Below are positions 1-9,459 of a DNA stretch of 28,194 bases, one piece after another. Within the stretch, counting starts at the first letter, position 1, and every line of letters starts with the position of its first letter. The stretch comes from a virus (taxonomy: Duplodnaviria; Caudoviricetes). Made by a program: the position numbers and the translations under genes. Where the stretch lies: the IMG/VR virus record IMGVR_UViG_3300043039_000148, positions 1 through 28,194 of that record; one strand, given 5' to 3'. The notes under the pieces were generated by a model. The model worked only from the letters and a program-made list of their open reading frames with translations, searched no databases and was not told the origin of the DNA.

Positions 1-1
1 A

Positions 2-1741
2 TATAGAACAGATAGAATGCCATATCTTGAAGAGATAGCTTATGAACTTTCTCCACAATCAAAAACAACGGAAGTTAGTGTAATAAAAGGTACACAACTA
101 GGGTTTACAGAACTTGGTAATAATATGTTATTTTGCTATTCTCATTTATATCCATGTCCTATGCTTCAAATATTACCTACTGAAACAGCTGTTAGAACTC
201 ATGCTACATCTAAATTATGGCCATCAATAAATTCATCACCTGTATTAAAAGATAAAATTAGAGCAAAGAAAACCAAAGATGGATCAAGTACAACTGAAAT
301 ACTTTTTAATGGTGGTTCTATAACTCTTGGATGGTCTAATTCTCCTACAACATTTGCATCAAACAGTAGAAGAGTTGTAGTTAATGATGACATTGATAGA
401 TGGCCTTTAGAAGTTGAGGGTGGCTGTCCTGTTGATTTAGCATGGAATAGAACAGAAGGTTATCCGAATAATAAGAAAGTTTATAATAATGCTTCTCCTG
501 CTAAAAAAGAAACTTCAAAAATTCAACCAAAATATGATAATTCATCGAAAGGGCTATACACTATGAAGTGTCCACACTGTGGTGAAGATGTAGTATTTGA
601 AAAAGATGGATTTAAATTTGACCATGATGAACATTATCAACTTGTTGGTGATGTTGTTTTTGTATGTCAAGCTAATGGATGCATAATAGAAGAGCATATG
701 AAGCATGATATGATGAAAAAAGAAAACGGTGCAAGATATGTTCATAAATTTCCTAATCGAAAGCATAGAGGTTTTAGAGTGCCTTCTTATTACTCACCAT
801 TTGCAAGATGGAATGAAATGTTTCAGAAGTATCTTGATGCATACCAAGATATGAAATTAAAAAAAGATACCACAAAAATGGCAGGATGGGTAAATACAAA
901 AGATGCAAAAGTATGGGAAGAAAATTTTGAACAAGTTGATATAAGTATTTTAGAAAATAGAAAAGAAGATTATGTAGCAGATGTTCCAAATGGGGCTTAC
1001 TTTTTAACTGCAGGAGTAGATACTCAAAATGATAGATTAGAAGTTGAAATCGTAGCTTGGGGTAAATATGGAGAGAGTTGGTCAGTAGATTATAGAATAT
1101 TAGAAGGTGATCCAAAATATCCAAAAGTATGGGATAAGCTAGATAGAGTATTTGAAACAACATATCACCATGAAAGTGGAATTGAGATGACAATAGCTGC
1201 TATGGGAATAGATAGTGGTGGTGCAAGAACACAATATGTTTATGATTATTGTAGACCAAGATTTGATATGAATATTTGGTGTTTCAAAGGTGATAAAGCA
1301 GTTGAAACTCCTATTGTGAAGTCAAGAGTGTCAAGGGAAAATAAAGGTAATGTACCTTTATTTATGATTGGGGTTAATAGTGCTAAAGATATATTAAGAG
1401 CACATATCTTAGTAGAAAATCCAGGTCCTGGTTATATGCATTTTCCAAATAAACCAATCTATGATAGTGAACATTTTAAACAATTAACTGCTGAAAAAAG
1501 AGATAATACAGGAAGATGGCATAAATTTAGAGCAAGAAATGAAGGAACTGATTGTAGGGTTTATTCTATGGCTACACTAAAAGTACTAGAAAATCAACAT
1601 TATCCTGGTGGTATTGATTGGGATTTGATAGAAGAAGAGTTTAATGAAAGAGTGGAAGATGAACTAAACAATGTTTATCATGAAGATGAAGAAGATACAA
1701 AAGAGAATGGAAATTTTAATGATTGGAGGGATAAATACTAA
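2..1741 (+). CDS. Terminase large subunit, lambda GpA family (5'-partial)
   Basis: Walker A-like KGTQLGFTE, Walker B-like VVVNDDID, CPHCG motif, and nuclease motifs GVDTQNDRLE, GIDSGG and RNEGTDC. The frame is open from base 2 (YRTDRMPY), so the true start probably lies upstream of the window. Confidence 0.93.
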   Translation, partial: YRTDRMPYLEEIAYELSPQSKTTEVSVIKGTQLGFTELGNNMLFCYSHLYPCPMLQILPTETAVRTHATSKLWPSINSSPVLKDKIRAKKTKDGSSTTEILFNGGSITLGWSNSPTTFASNSRRVVVNDDIDRWPLEVEGGCPVDLAWNRTEGYPNNKKVYNNASPAKKETSKIQPKYDNSSKGLYTMKCPHCGEDVVFEKDGFKFDHDEHYQLVGDVVFVCQANGCIIEEHMKHDMMKKENGARYVHKFPNRKHRGFRVPSYYSPFARWNEMFQKYLDAYQDMKLKKDTTKMAGWVNTKDAKVWEENFEQVDISILENRKEDYVADVPNGAYFLTAGVDTQNDRLEVEIVAWGKYGESWSVDYRILEGDPKYPKVWDKLDRVFETTYHHESGIEMTIAAMGIDSGGARTQYVYDYCRPRFDMNIWCFKGDKAVETPIVKSRVSRENKGNVPLFMIGVNSAKDILRAHILVENPGPGYMHFPNKPIYDSEHFKQLTAEKRDNTGRWHKFRARNEGTDCRVYSMATLKVLENQHYPGGIDWDLIEEEFNERVEDELNNVYHEDEEDTKENGNFNDWRDKY

Positions 1742-1974
1742 TGTCTAAAATGGAAATTATAGGAAAAAAATCTTTTTGGGATAGCAGAATAAATCTAAAA
1801 AATAAACCATCGCTAAGCCAGAGAACTATTGAAGTTATTGATTATATAATGCAAGAGGAAGGGCTCCCCCTTGGTACTACTTTAGAAAAACTTATTATTA
1901 CTCCAAATCTATATGCTGAAGTAATTGAAAAGTTGAAAGATGATTATCCTGATATTAAGGAAAACAATAATTAA
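1741..1974 (+). CDS. Hypothetical protein, 77 aa
   Basis: ORF abuts the terminase stop (TAAATG junction). No family recognised. Confidence 0.65.
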   Translation: MSKMEIIGKKSFWDSRINLKNKPSLSQRTIEVIDYIMQEEGLPLGTTLEKLIITPNLYAEVIEKLKDDYPDIKENNN

Positions 1975-1985
1975 TATATATTTGT

Positions 1986-2207
1986 TTATTTTAAATCAAA
2001 TAATTGTTGTGTTACTGCATCAACAACTTTATCCATATCTTTTGCTTTTACATAATTTTCTAACCATGATTTAACCCAACCTGGTACGGGTTTCTTTTCA
2101 TCATGCCAATTACTGACTGCACCATAAGATAAATTCGTCATAGTTGCAAATTCTTGTCTTGAAAGACCAATTTCTTTTAAAGTTTCATCAAATTCTTGTT
2201 TTTTCAT
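1986..2207 (-). CDS. XRE/Cro-like helix-turn-helix protein
   Basis: HTH pattern LKEIGLSRQEFATMTNLSYGAVSNW followed by PVPGWVKSWL. Confidence 0.8.
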   Translation of the reverse strand: MKKQEFDETLKEIGLSRQEFATMTNLSYGAVSNWHDEKKPVPGWVKSWLENYVKAKDMDKVVDAVTQQLFDLK

Positions 2208-2312
2208 ATGTTAATCCCATCAAATGGACTTTATCCCCAAAAAGGGAAAAAGTATTTATTCATCTTTTATTAAGATATTCTATCAAAATTTAATTAAAGA
2301 TGATATTAATGC

Positions 2313-2341
2313 TTGACAATATTAATCTTTTATGTAATAAT
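2313..2341 (+). promoter_or_regulatory. Putative sigma70 promoter for the micro-ORF/antirepressor unit
   Basis: TTGACA at 2313-2318, 17 bp spacer, TGn-AATAAT at 2333-2341. Divergent from the XRE gene. Confidence 0.55.
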
Positions 2342-2370
2342 TCCTAATATATTTAATCAAAGGTTAAAAA

Positions 2371-2484
2371 ATGAATATAAAAATCATAACAAAAACGGGT
2401 AAAAGTAGAGTCTTAAAAGTTGATAATTTTAAGATTTTAGAAAAAATAGCAAATAAATTTGATAATTGGGAGTATAAATTATGA
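2371..2484 (+). CDS. Small hypothetical protein, 37 aa (MNIKIITKTGKSRVLKVDNFKILEKIANKFDNWEYKL)
   Basis: AAAGG upstream of the ATG. The stop overlaps the antirepressor start as ATGA. Below the ORF-track cutoff. Confidence 0.6.
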   Translation: MNIKIITKTGKSRVLKVDNFKILEKIANKFDNWEYKL

Positions 2485-3290
2485 ATGAATTAATCAAAAT
2501 ATCAAGTGAAGTTATAGGAACTGAAAATGTAAATAGTGTAAATGCCAGAGATTTACATAAAACTTTAGAAATTGATAAAAAATTTGCCGACTGGATAAAT
2601 CATCAAATTAATTCTTTAGGTTTAGAAAAAAATGTTGATTATATTACTTATATAGAAAAAGGAAATGGTCGCCCTCAAAAAGAATACATAATTACAACAG
2701 ATATAGCAAAGCATATATCAATGGCTTCAAGAACTGTAAGAGGTAAAGAAATAAGAAACTATTTTATTGAGATTGAAAAAGTTTATAATAATCCAAATAT
2801 TTATCAACTAAGTGGAAAAATTGGAGGTCTTACAAAATCAAACAACCAACTAAGACAAGAATTAGATAAATGGAAGAAAAAATCTAAAAGAAGATTTGAA
2901 AATCTTGAAGATGATGTTCATGACTTAAAACATAAACAAAAACTTCTTCCACTAAAAAACTTGGATGAAAAGTTACAGATACTTTTTAGAAAATCAGATG
3001 AATTGATATGCAACAAAGAGAGTGGTTATGCAGGTGCACTTCAAAATCACAATAGATTTTATAGAGAATATATACAGATTTTACAGTCTGATGGAGATGA
3101 TTTGCAAAAATGGGCAATAAATGAGATAGAAAAGTCACAAAGAAGATATATAGATTCTGAGAAAGATGTGTCTTTTCATAAATATAGATATGAGATTTTA
3201 ATGAAAAAAGTGCAAATTTTACAAAATAGTGCAAAAAATATCATTAATTTTGACATAGAAAAGGAGATGGAACTAGTAGAAATATCATAA
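2481..3290 (+). CDS. Phage antirepressor, AntA/AntB N-terminal domain plus coiled coil
   Basis: VNARDLHKTLEI..KFADWI, GRPQKEYIITTDIAKHISM and GKEIRNYFIEIEK are typical AntA/AntB motifs. Confidence 0.88.
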   Translation: MNELIKISSEVIGTENVNSVNARDLHKTLEIDKKFADWINHQINSLGLEKNVDYITYIEKGNGRPQKEYIITTDIAKHISMASRTVRGKEIRNYFIEIEKVYNNPNIYQLSGKIGGLTKSNNQLRQELDKWKKKSKRRFENLEDDVHDLKHKQKLLPLKNLDEKLQILFRKSDELICNKESGYAGALQNHNRFYREYIQILQSDGDDLQKWAINEIEKSQRRYIDSEKDVSFHKYRYEILMKKVQILQNSAKNIINFDIEKEMELVEIS

Positions 3291-3333
3291 AATCAAAAAA
3301 ATATAAATAAAAAATCTGACCTCCAACTGACTA

Positions 3334-3396
3334 TATGGTAGTAGTTTTACAACCTTTTTACAACTAAAAAAAATACAACCAAAAACTACTACCATA
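3334..3396. repeat. Perfect 15-bp inverted repeat with 33-bp spacer
   Basis: TATGGTAGTAGTTTT (3334-3348) and AAAACTACTACCATA (3382-3396). Confidence 0.9.
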
Positions 3397-3412
3397 ATTT
3401 TTAAAAAAAAGG

Positions 3413-3433
3413 TAGGGTAAAAAAATTACCCTA
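3413..3433. promoter_or_regulatory. 8-bp inverted repeat upstream of the head operon (possible regulator site)
   Basis: TAGGGTAA-AAAAA-TTACCCTA, 56 bp before the 3490 start. The function is inferred. Confidence 0.45.
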
Positions 3434-3489
3434 AAAAAATATTTTTCTTTCTGTCAAAATGCCATTACTGAAAACTTGAAAGGTAAAAA

Positions 3490-3735
3490 ATGGCAGCAGG
3501 AACACCACTTACATTAGGTCAACAACTACAAGAAGTTAATGCTGCTATTTCTGCTGTATTAAAAAGAAAAGAATATACAACATCTGATGGGATAACTTTT
3601 AAATCAGAAGACTTATCACAACTTAGAGGTTTGAAAAGAGAGATTTTAGAAAATATAAACTCTTTTGGTGCAAACTATGTTGAAGGTCAAGAAACAACAC
3701 CTTCAGGTGATACTTCATATGTGAGTTTTGAATAA
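3490..3735 (+). CDS. Head-tail joining protein, lambda gpW-like
   Basis: Lies immediately before the portal; QLQEVNAAISAVL..EYT..G.T...DLSQLR pattern. Confidence 0.7.
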   Translation: MAAGTPLTLGQQLQEVNAAISAVLKRKEYTTSDGITFKSEDLSQLRGLKREILENINSFGANYVEGQETTPSGDTSYVSFE

Positions 3736-5183
3736 TGAATTTTATCCAAAAATCAATCGCAACAACTGCTAACATCTTAACAGGTGGTGCGATAAGTTCT
3801 GAGATGGAAAGAGCATATTATGAGGGTGCAAAAACTTCAAGGCTAAATAGTAATTTTAATCTTACAAATAATCATTTTGAACTATTAGCAGGTGGAGATA
3901 GAGAGCAGTTAAAAGCAAGAGCTAGATGGCTGTCTGCAAATAACCCAATAACAAAATCAATAGATAAATCAATCATAAAAAATACAATCGGTACAGGTAT
4001 AAAACTTCAATCAAAAATAAAAGAAGAAGATGTAAAAGGTTCAAAAAAACTAAACGATCAACTAGAAGCATTATGGAAAGAGTATATAAAAAAAGAAAAC
4101 TTTGACCTTTCACGATTAAGTGGGGTGTATGATTATCAAAAATTAGCACTTAAACATAAGCTTGTAGATGGTGAAATTCTTATAAACAAAGTATGGACCA
4201 AAGACAAAAACTTCCCTCTAAAACATCAACTTATAGAATCAGACCAATTTGATGCAACAAAAACTAAAAACAAAAACAACACAGTTTTTTCAGGAGTAGA
4301 AGTTGATGCTGTTGGTGCTCCAACTGCTTATTGGTTAAAAACTGCGATTAACTCAAGTGCAAGTAAATCTTTTGATGCAAATAATATCATCCACTTTTAT
4401 GAAAGACAAAGAGCCACTCAATACAGAGGTATAACTGATTATGCACAAACAATAAACAACTTAAAAGATTTTGCAGCATACAACGATAGTGAAATTGTAA
4501 AAAATAGAATCTTATCTGCATTTGGACTTTTTATTAAGTCAAGTAACACAGCAGGTTCTATGTTCAATGATAAAAAAGCAGGAAAAGCACAAGGAAGTAG
4601 TGACCCTATAAAAGAGATTACTGCAGGGATGATTAAGTATCTTAAACCTGGTGAAGAAGTACAGACAATACAGTCAAACCAACTTGGAAATGCATATGCA
4701 CCATTTATTATGAATACAGTAAGACTGATAGCAGCAGGAAGAGATATATCTTATGAACTTGCATTTAGGGATTATTCGCAAGTGAATTTTGCAAGTGCAA
4801 GAGCCTCTTTGATTCAAGATAATAAAAGATTTGATGATGAACAAACATCTTTAAGTGGTGATGTATTAAATCCTATTTATGAGGGTTTTATGGATTCTGT
4901 AGTTTTAAGTGGACTTGTAAAAATGCCAAATGACTATTGGATAAATAAACATAAGTATGTAAAACCTGCATGGATAATGCCAAAAAGAGAGTGGGTGGAC
5001 CCACTAAAAGATATGAAAGCAGTTGAAAAAGAGATTGAACTGAAACTTACAAGTAAAACTAAATCATGTGAAGCAAAAGGCCAAAATTATGAAGATGTTT
5101 TAAGAGAACAACTCCAAGAAGAGAAGATGGAAAAAGAGATGAGAGCAGAACTTGGACTTGAAATTAAAGAAGGAGATAAATAA
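3735..5183 (+). CDS. Portal protein, lambda family
   Basis: LKARARWLSANNP, DGEILI, RATQYRGI, ISYELAFRDYSQVNFASARASL, WVDPLKD. Confidence 0.95.
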   Translation: MNFIQKSIATTANILTGGAISSEMERAYYEGAKTSRLNSNFNLTNNHFELLAGGDREQLKARARWLSANNPITKSIDKSIIKNTIGTGIKLQSKIKEEDVKGSKKLNDQLEALWKEYIKKENFDLSRLSGVYDYQKLALKHKLVDGEILINKVWTKDKNFPLKHQLIESDQFDATKTKNKNNTVFSGVEVDAVGAPTAYWLKTAINSSASKSFDANNIIHFYERQRATQYRGITDYAQTINNLKDFAAYNDSEIVKNRILSAFGLFIKSSNTAGSMFNDKKAGKAQGSSDPIKEITAGMIKYLKPGEEVQTIQSNQLGNAYAPFIMNTVRLIAAGRDISYELAFRDYSQVNFASARASLIQDNKRFDDEQTSLSGDVLNPIYEGFMDSVVLSGLVKMPNDYWINKHKYVKPAWIMPKREWVDPLKDMKAVEKEIELKLTSKTKSCEAKGQNYEDVLREQLQEEKMEKEMRAELGLEIKEGDK

Positions 5184-7090
5184 TGCCAAAAACAAAAAAA
5201 GAGTTTCAACGTTCTATTGAAGGTGCAACAGTAGAGAGAAAACTCACTATTGACAATGCAACTGCAGTGAATGAAGAAAAAAGAACAGTCTCTTTTATCA
5301 TGATTTCTGATGATAATGCAGGAAAAAGAAGAGATTGGGATGGAAGTATTTATATTGAAGTTCTTGATGTCAAAGGTGCAAATCCTGAGAGATTGAGAAC
5401 TTTTTTTAAGGATCACAACAGACTAACTGATTCTGCTATTGGAAAGATTGAAAACAAAAGAGTTGAAGATGGTAAGTTCAAAGCAGATGTTGTTTTTGGA
5501 AGTGATGAAAACAGCGATGCAGTATTTAGAAAATATGTCGAGGGTATTCTTTCTGATTGCTCTGTGACATATATTCCAACTAAGGTATCTATTGAAGAGA
5601 GAAGTGGTGAACCTGACTTAGTGACTGTACTTGAATATGATTTAGTTGAGTGTAGTGCAGTGGGTGTTGGTTTTGATGCAGGTGCAATGGTAGGTAGAGA
5701 TTTAAATTTAAAAGGAGAAGAACCTATGAATGAAGAGTTAAGAAGAGAACTTCAAAGTTTGAAAGATAAGGTTGAGTCATTAAGTGATTCTGAAAAAGCA
5801 AGAAAAGAAGAGTTGGAAAAACTTGAAAGAGAAGACCAAGTTTCAAAAACTTCAAAAACTGCAGGTGCAGATGAAGAACAAAAAAGAAGTTCTGAAATTA
5901 TGAGTATGGTTGTTGCAGGACACTTAACAATTGAAAGAGCAAAAGAATATATTGATAAAAAAGATTCTCTTGATGTTGTAAGAGCTGCAATTTTAGAAGA
6001 AAAAGCAAGAGGAACACAAACAGTAGTTCCAGGTGCTCCAACTGCAAAAGTTGAATTACAAAGAGGGATTGAAGATGCAATCCTTATGAGATGTGGTTAT
6101 ACACCTGCACAGGTTAGTGACCAAGCTGCTACTTTTAGAGGTGCTTCACTTTTAGATATGGCAAGAGCAATGACAGGTTATGATGGATATGACAAAAATG
6201 AACTTGTACAAAGAGCTATGGGTACAGATGATTTTCCTATGTTACTTGGAAATGTTGCAAATAGAGTTATTGCAGGTGCATTTAATGAAGAAGAAGGAAC
6301 ATTTGCACAATGGACCCAAGAAGTTGAGCTTCCTGACTTTAGAAAAAGAACAGAAGTAAAACTATCAAGTGCAGGTGGAAGACTTCAAAAACTAAAAGAA
6401 AAATCTGAAAAGAAAAACATTGAGTTTGCAGAGTCTGGTGAAGCATGGGCTATTGAGTCTTATGGTGCTGAGTTCAAACTTACAAGAGAGATGATTATCA
6501 ATGATGATTTAGGTGTTTTCACAGGTATTGTTGCTGAGTTTGGGAAAATGGCAAAAAGAACATCAAATGGTTTAGTTTATGATTTAGCACAAAATAGAGG
6601 TGATTTTACAAATTATAAAATGAATGATGGTAAAAAAATCTTTGATACTGCTCATAACAATACAGATACTGCTGCAGCACTTGCAAGTGAGAGCTTAAGC
6701 AAAGGAAGAACTATTATGAGAAGACAAAAAGATGCAGCAGGAAATGCACTTAATATCTCTCCAAAGTTTTTATTAGTTGCTCCTGAGCAAGAGAGAACTG
6801 CATTACAGTTATTAAACAGTGAAGCAGATGTAAGTGGATCAAATAGTGGAGTTACAAATCCACATAAAAACACATTGACTCCAGTTGTTGATAGTGAATT
6901 AGCTGCAGGTGCTTGGTATTTAGCAGCTAGTACAAATACTATCAAAGTAGGGTACTTACAAGGTACAAATAAACAGCCTGTTGTACAACAAATCAGTAGC
7001 AATATTGATGGTGCAGAGTTCAAATGTGTATTTGATTTTGGTGTAGTTGTTACTGACTATAGAGGCTTATTTAAAAACTTAGGAGCGTAG
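5183..7090 (+). CDS. Prohead protease-major capsid protein fusion
   Basis: N-terminal protease-like region (DHN, IGKI, GILSDCSV, ECSAVGVGFD), coiled-coil scaffold, then a capsid region (TDDFPMLLGNVANR, LPDFR, LTREMIINDDLG, PKFLLVAP, DFGVVVTDYRGL). Confidence 0.9.
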   Translation: MPKTKKEFQRSIEGATVERKLTIDNATAVNEEKRTVSFIMISDDNAGKRRDWDGSIYIEVLDVKGANPERLRTFFKDHNRLTDSAIGKIENKRVEDGKFKADVVFGSDENSDAVFRKYVEGILSDCSVTYIPTKVSIEERSGEPDLVTVLEYDLVECSAVGVGFDAGAMVGRDLNLKGEEPMNEELRRELQSLKDKVESLSDSEKARKEELEKLEREDQVSKTSKTAGADEEQKRSSEIMSMVVAGHLTIERAKEYIDKKDSLDVVRAAILEEKARGTQTVVPGAPTAKVELQRGIEDAILMRCGYTPAQVSDQAATFRGASLLDMARAMTGYDGYDKNELVQRAMGTDDFPMLLGNVANRVIAGAFNEEEGTFAQWTQEVELPDFRKRTEVKLSSAGGRLQKLKEKSEKKNIEFAESGEAWAIESYGAEFKLTREMIINDDLGVFTGIVAEFGKMAKRTSNGLVYDLAQNRGDFTNYKMNDGKKIFDTAHNNTDTAAALASESLSKGRTIMRRQKDAAGNALNISPKFLLVAPEQERTALQLLNSEADVSGSNSGVTNPHKNTLTPVVDSELAAGAWYLAASTNTIKVGYLQGTNKQPVVQQISSNIDGAEFKCVFDFGVVVTDYRGLFKNLGA

Positions 7091-7091
7091 T

Positions 7092-7424
7092 ATGAAGGAA
7101 GCAGTTGAATTTCAAAGAGGTGGAGTGATTGAATACACTCTACCAGGTGATGTAAATGTTGGTGATGTTGTACCTTTAGGTACTGAGATGGTAGGGATTG
7201 CAGTAAAAGCAGGTCTTACAGGTGAAGAAATAACTTTAGAACTTGAAAAAGTTTGGGATGTTAAAGCAAAAGATACAGAAGCTATTGAAGTTGGTAATCA
7301 ATTATATTTTGATGTAACAAACAGAGAGATGACAACTACTGCAACAGATAATGTTAAAGCAGGTAAAGCTATGACTTCTAAAGCAGCAGTTGCAGGTACT
7401 GTTAAAGTTAAAATCAATGTATAA
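7092..7424 (+). CDS. Capsid cement/decoration protein (DUF2190-like)
   Basis: Follows the capsid gene; FQRGGVIEYT, GDVV..G..VGIA, VKVKIN pattern. Confidence 0.8.
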   Translation: MKEAVEFQRGGVIEYTLPGDVNVGDVVPLGTEMVGIAVKAGLTGEEITLELEKVWDVKAKDTEAIEVGNQLYFDVTNREMTTTATDNVKAGKAMTSKAAVAGTVKVKINV

Positions 7425-7434
7425 AGGATAAGCT

Positions 7435-7761
7435 ATGCCTTATGTAAAGATGAACAGAGGTGGAAACCATAGGGGGATAAAATACTCTAATGGCACTATC
7501 TTAGAAGTTAGTGAAGCTTTAAAGCAAAGAATCGTTGATGAAAGACAAGGGTCAAGTTCTACACAAGAAGAGTATGAAGCTCAACAAAAAGAGGGTGGTG
7601 TAAAAGCAACTGATAAATCTGTTGACTATACGACTTTAAACAGAATACCTCTTGAAAAATATGCTGTCTCTCTTGGTATAGATGAAAGTGTTGTTCAAAA
7701 TGCTAAAAATAAGCCCGAAATATATGAGCTTATTAAAGCAGTTTTAGAAAAAAAGGCTTAG
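7435..7761 (+). CDS. Hypothetical head-associated protein with possible HeH/LEM-like C-terminus
   Basis: AAGGA RBS; C-terminal LEKYAVSLGI....AKNKPEIYELI. Confidence 0.55.
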   Translation: MPYVKMNRGGNHRGIKYSNGTILEVSEALKQRIVDERQGSSSTQEEYEAQQKEGGVKATDKSVDYTTLNRIPLEKYAVSLGIDESVVQNAKNKPEIYELIKAVLEKKA

Positions 7762-7764
7762 AAA

Positions 7765-8094
7765 ATGAGTCTCCAAGAACAGATAAATATAGATTTAAAA
7801 TCTTTATTTAACCCTGATGAGTTTGGAAAAACAATAACTCATTTTTTTGGAGATAAAGATGAGCCTTTAGATGTAAACTTTTTTGAAAAGACAGAGGTTG
7901 TCTTGGATTCATCAAGTAGCAAATATGAGTTTGAAGGAGCGATGGCTGTTGTTCCTTCAATCACTTTACCAAAAGATGAAGGTGTAAATATTACTGAGGC
8001 TTCAACATTTACTATAAATGGAAGTGATTATGAAGTGATTAGTTTAGCCCCAACAGCAAATATTATAAGAGTTTATTTAGGACATATCCAATGA
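7765..8094 (+). CDS. Head-tail joining protein (gpFII-like)
   Basis: Position in the operon and MSLQEQINIDLKSLFNPDEFG start. Confidence 0.65.
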   Translation: MSLQEQINIDLKSLFNPDEFGKTITHFFGDKDEPLDVNFFEKTEVVLDSSSSKYEFEGAMAVVPSITLPKDEGVNITEASTFTINGSDYEVISLAPTANIIRVYLGHIQ

Positions 8095-8519
8095 AAAGAC
8101 AAGAGTTTGTAACTGCATTAGTAACTAAGATGAAAGAGATTATTGCACAAGAAGGCAATGCTTATAAAACATCTATTGGTGCAAATTGTTTTGAATGGTA
8201 TGAAAAACCTCTTCATGATACTCAATATCCTGCTTTGGTTATAAGAGATACAGATAATGAGTGCCAAGAAGTAAGTGGCTCTTTTGAACATAAGTTAGAA
8301 ATAGAAATTGATATAGCAACTCGTGGTAAAAAACCAATGGTTGATATGCGTGAAGCCATTAGTGATGTTTTGTTGGCATTTAAAGAGTTTAGAGATTCTA
8401 TTAATTATGAGTGTAGTTTTAGTGGAAGTAAAAGTTTAATCGAACAAAAAGATTTTACATATGGTGGTACAAGAATGGTTTTTAGTATCAAATATTCTAC
8501 ACCTGCATGGGAACACTAA
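8091..8519 (+). CDS. Putative tail completion/terminator protein
   Basis: Position and size; YPALVIRD and strand-rich pattern; ATGA overlap with the previous gene. Confidence 0.55.
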   Translation: MKRQEFVTALVTKMKEIIAQEGNAYKTSIGANCFEWYEKPLHDTQYPALVIRDTDNECQEVSGSFEHKLEIEIDIATRGKKPMVDMREAISDVLLAFKEFRDSINYECSFSGSKSLIEQKDFTYGGTRMVFSIKYSTPAWEH

Positions 8520-9169
8520 TGGATGCTGAATATTTAAGATTATTAGGAAATCTTTGCAGATTTGGAACTATAACACAAGTAAAGAGTGCAGAAGGGTTAG
8601 CACTAGCAAAAGTAAAGATTGGTGAAAGGGAAACTGACTTTTTCCCTGTGATTTCTCAATCAAATAGTTTCAAAAAACACTCTATACCAATAAGAGTAAA
8701 AGAGCAGGTTGCTGTATTTTGTCCATTTGGTGAAGCAAATATCGGCTTTATCATAAGAGGTATATTTAACAAAGGTTGTAAAGAACCTGGTGGATATAGT
8801 TTAAATAGAGAAGTTATCACTTATGAAGATGGTACAACTATTTTTTATGATACGGAAGTAAAAGAGTTAAATATCAACGCAGTTGGGCTTGTAAAAGTTA
8901 TATGTGAACAAGCAGAACTTTATGCTGGTAGTACAAAGATTGTAAGTACAACTAGCCATAAAGGAGATGTTGAGATTGATGGAACTTTAAAAGTGAAAAA
9001 ACAAATCATAGGTGAAGATGGTATCGCAATCACTGGTGGAAGTTCAAATGGTGGTGCAACTTTTGAATGTGATATTAGTACGACAGGAAACATCTCTGAT
9101 AGTAAAGGTGATGTAACTAACCATGAACATGATTGTACAGATGGTGCAATAGCACAAGTGAGAACATGA
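8519..9169 (+). CDS. Baseplate spike / assembly protein V (P2 gpV-like)
   Basis: RFGTITQV, P...EQVAVFCPFGE, YEDGTTIFYD and C-terminal HxH (HEH). Start placed at the TAATG overlap at 8519. Confidence 0.92.
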   Translation: MDAEYLRLLGNLCRFGTITQVKSAEGLALAKVKIGERETDFFPVISQSNSFKKHSIPIRVKEQVAVFCPFGEANIGFIIRGIFNKGCKEPGGYSLNREVITYEDGTTIFYDTEVKELNINAVGLVKVICEQAELYAGSTKIVSTTSHKGDVEIDGTLKVKKQIIGEDGIAITGGSSNGGATFECDISTTGNISDSKGDVTNHEHDCTDGAIAQVRT

Positions 9170-9459
9170 TGGTATATGTAATTTCTATAGAAGAAAGTAT
9201 AAATAGAATTTTAAAGACTCCTTTAGGTAGTCGAGTTATGAGACCTAAGTACGGAAGTTTACTTTATACCCTAAGAGATAGAAAATTTGATGATGAGTTT
9301 AGAGTTTTAGCTACAAAATATATTTTTGAAGCAATAAAAGAAAATGAAAAAAGAGTAAAGGTGGCAAAAGTGGATTTTAATGTTAATGCAGTGAAAGGTG
9401 TTGTTAGTTTTAAAATCTATTTAGCAAATGGAGATGAAGTGGTGGTGAATAATGATTGA
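9166..9459 (+). CDS. Baseplate wedge protein, gpW/gp25 family
   Basis: SINRILKTPLGSRVMRPKYGS and ENEKRV. Start placed at the ATGA overlap at 9166. Confidence 0.92.
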   Translation: MMVYVISIEESINRILKTPLGSRVMRPKYGSLLYTLRDRKFDDEFRVLATKYIFEAIKENEKRVKVAKVDFNVNAVKGVVSFKIYLANGDEVVVNND

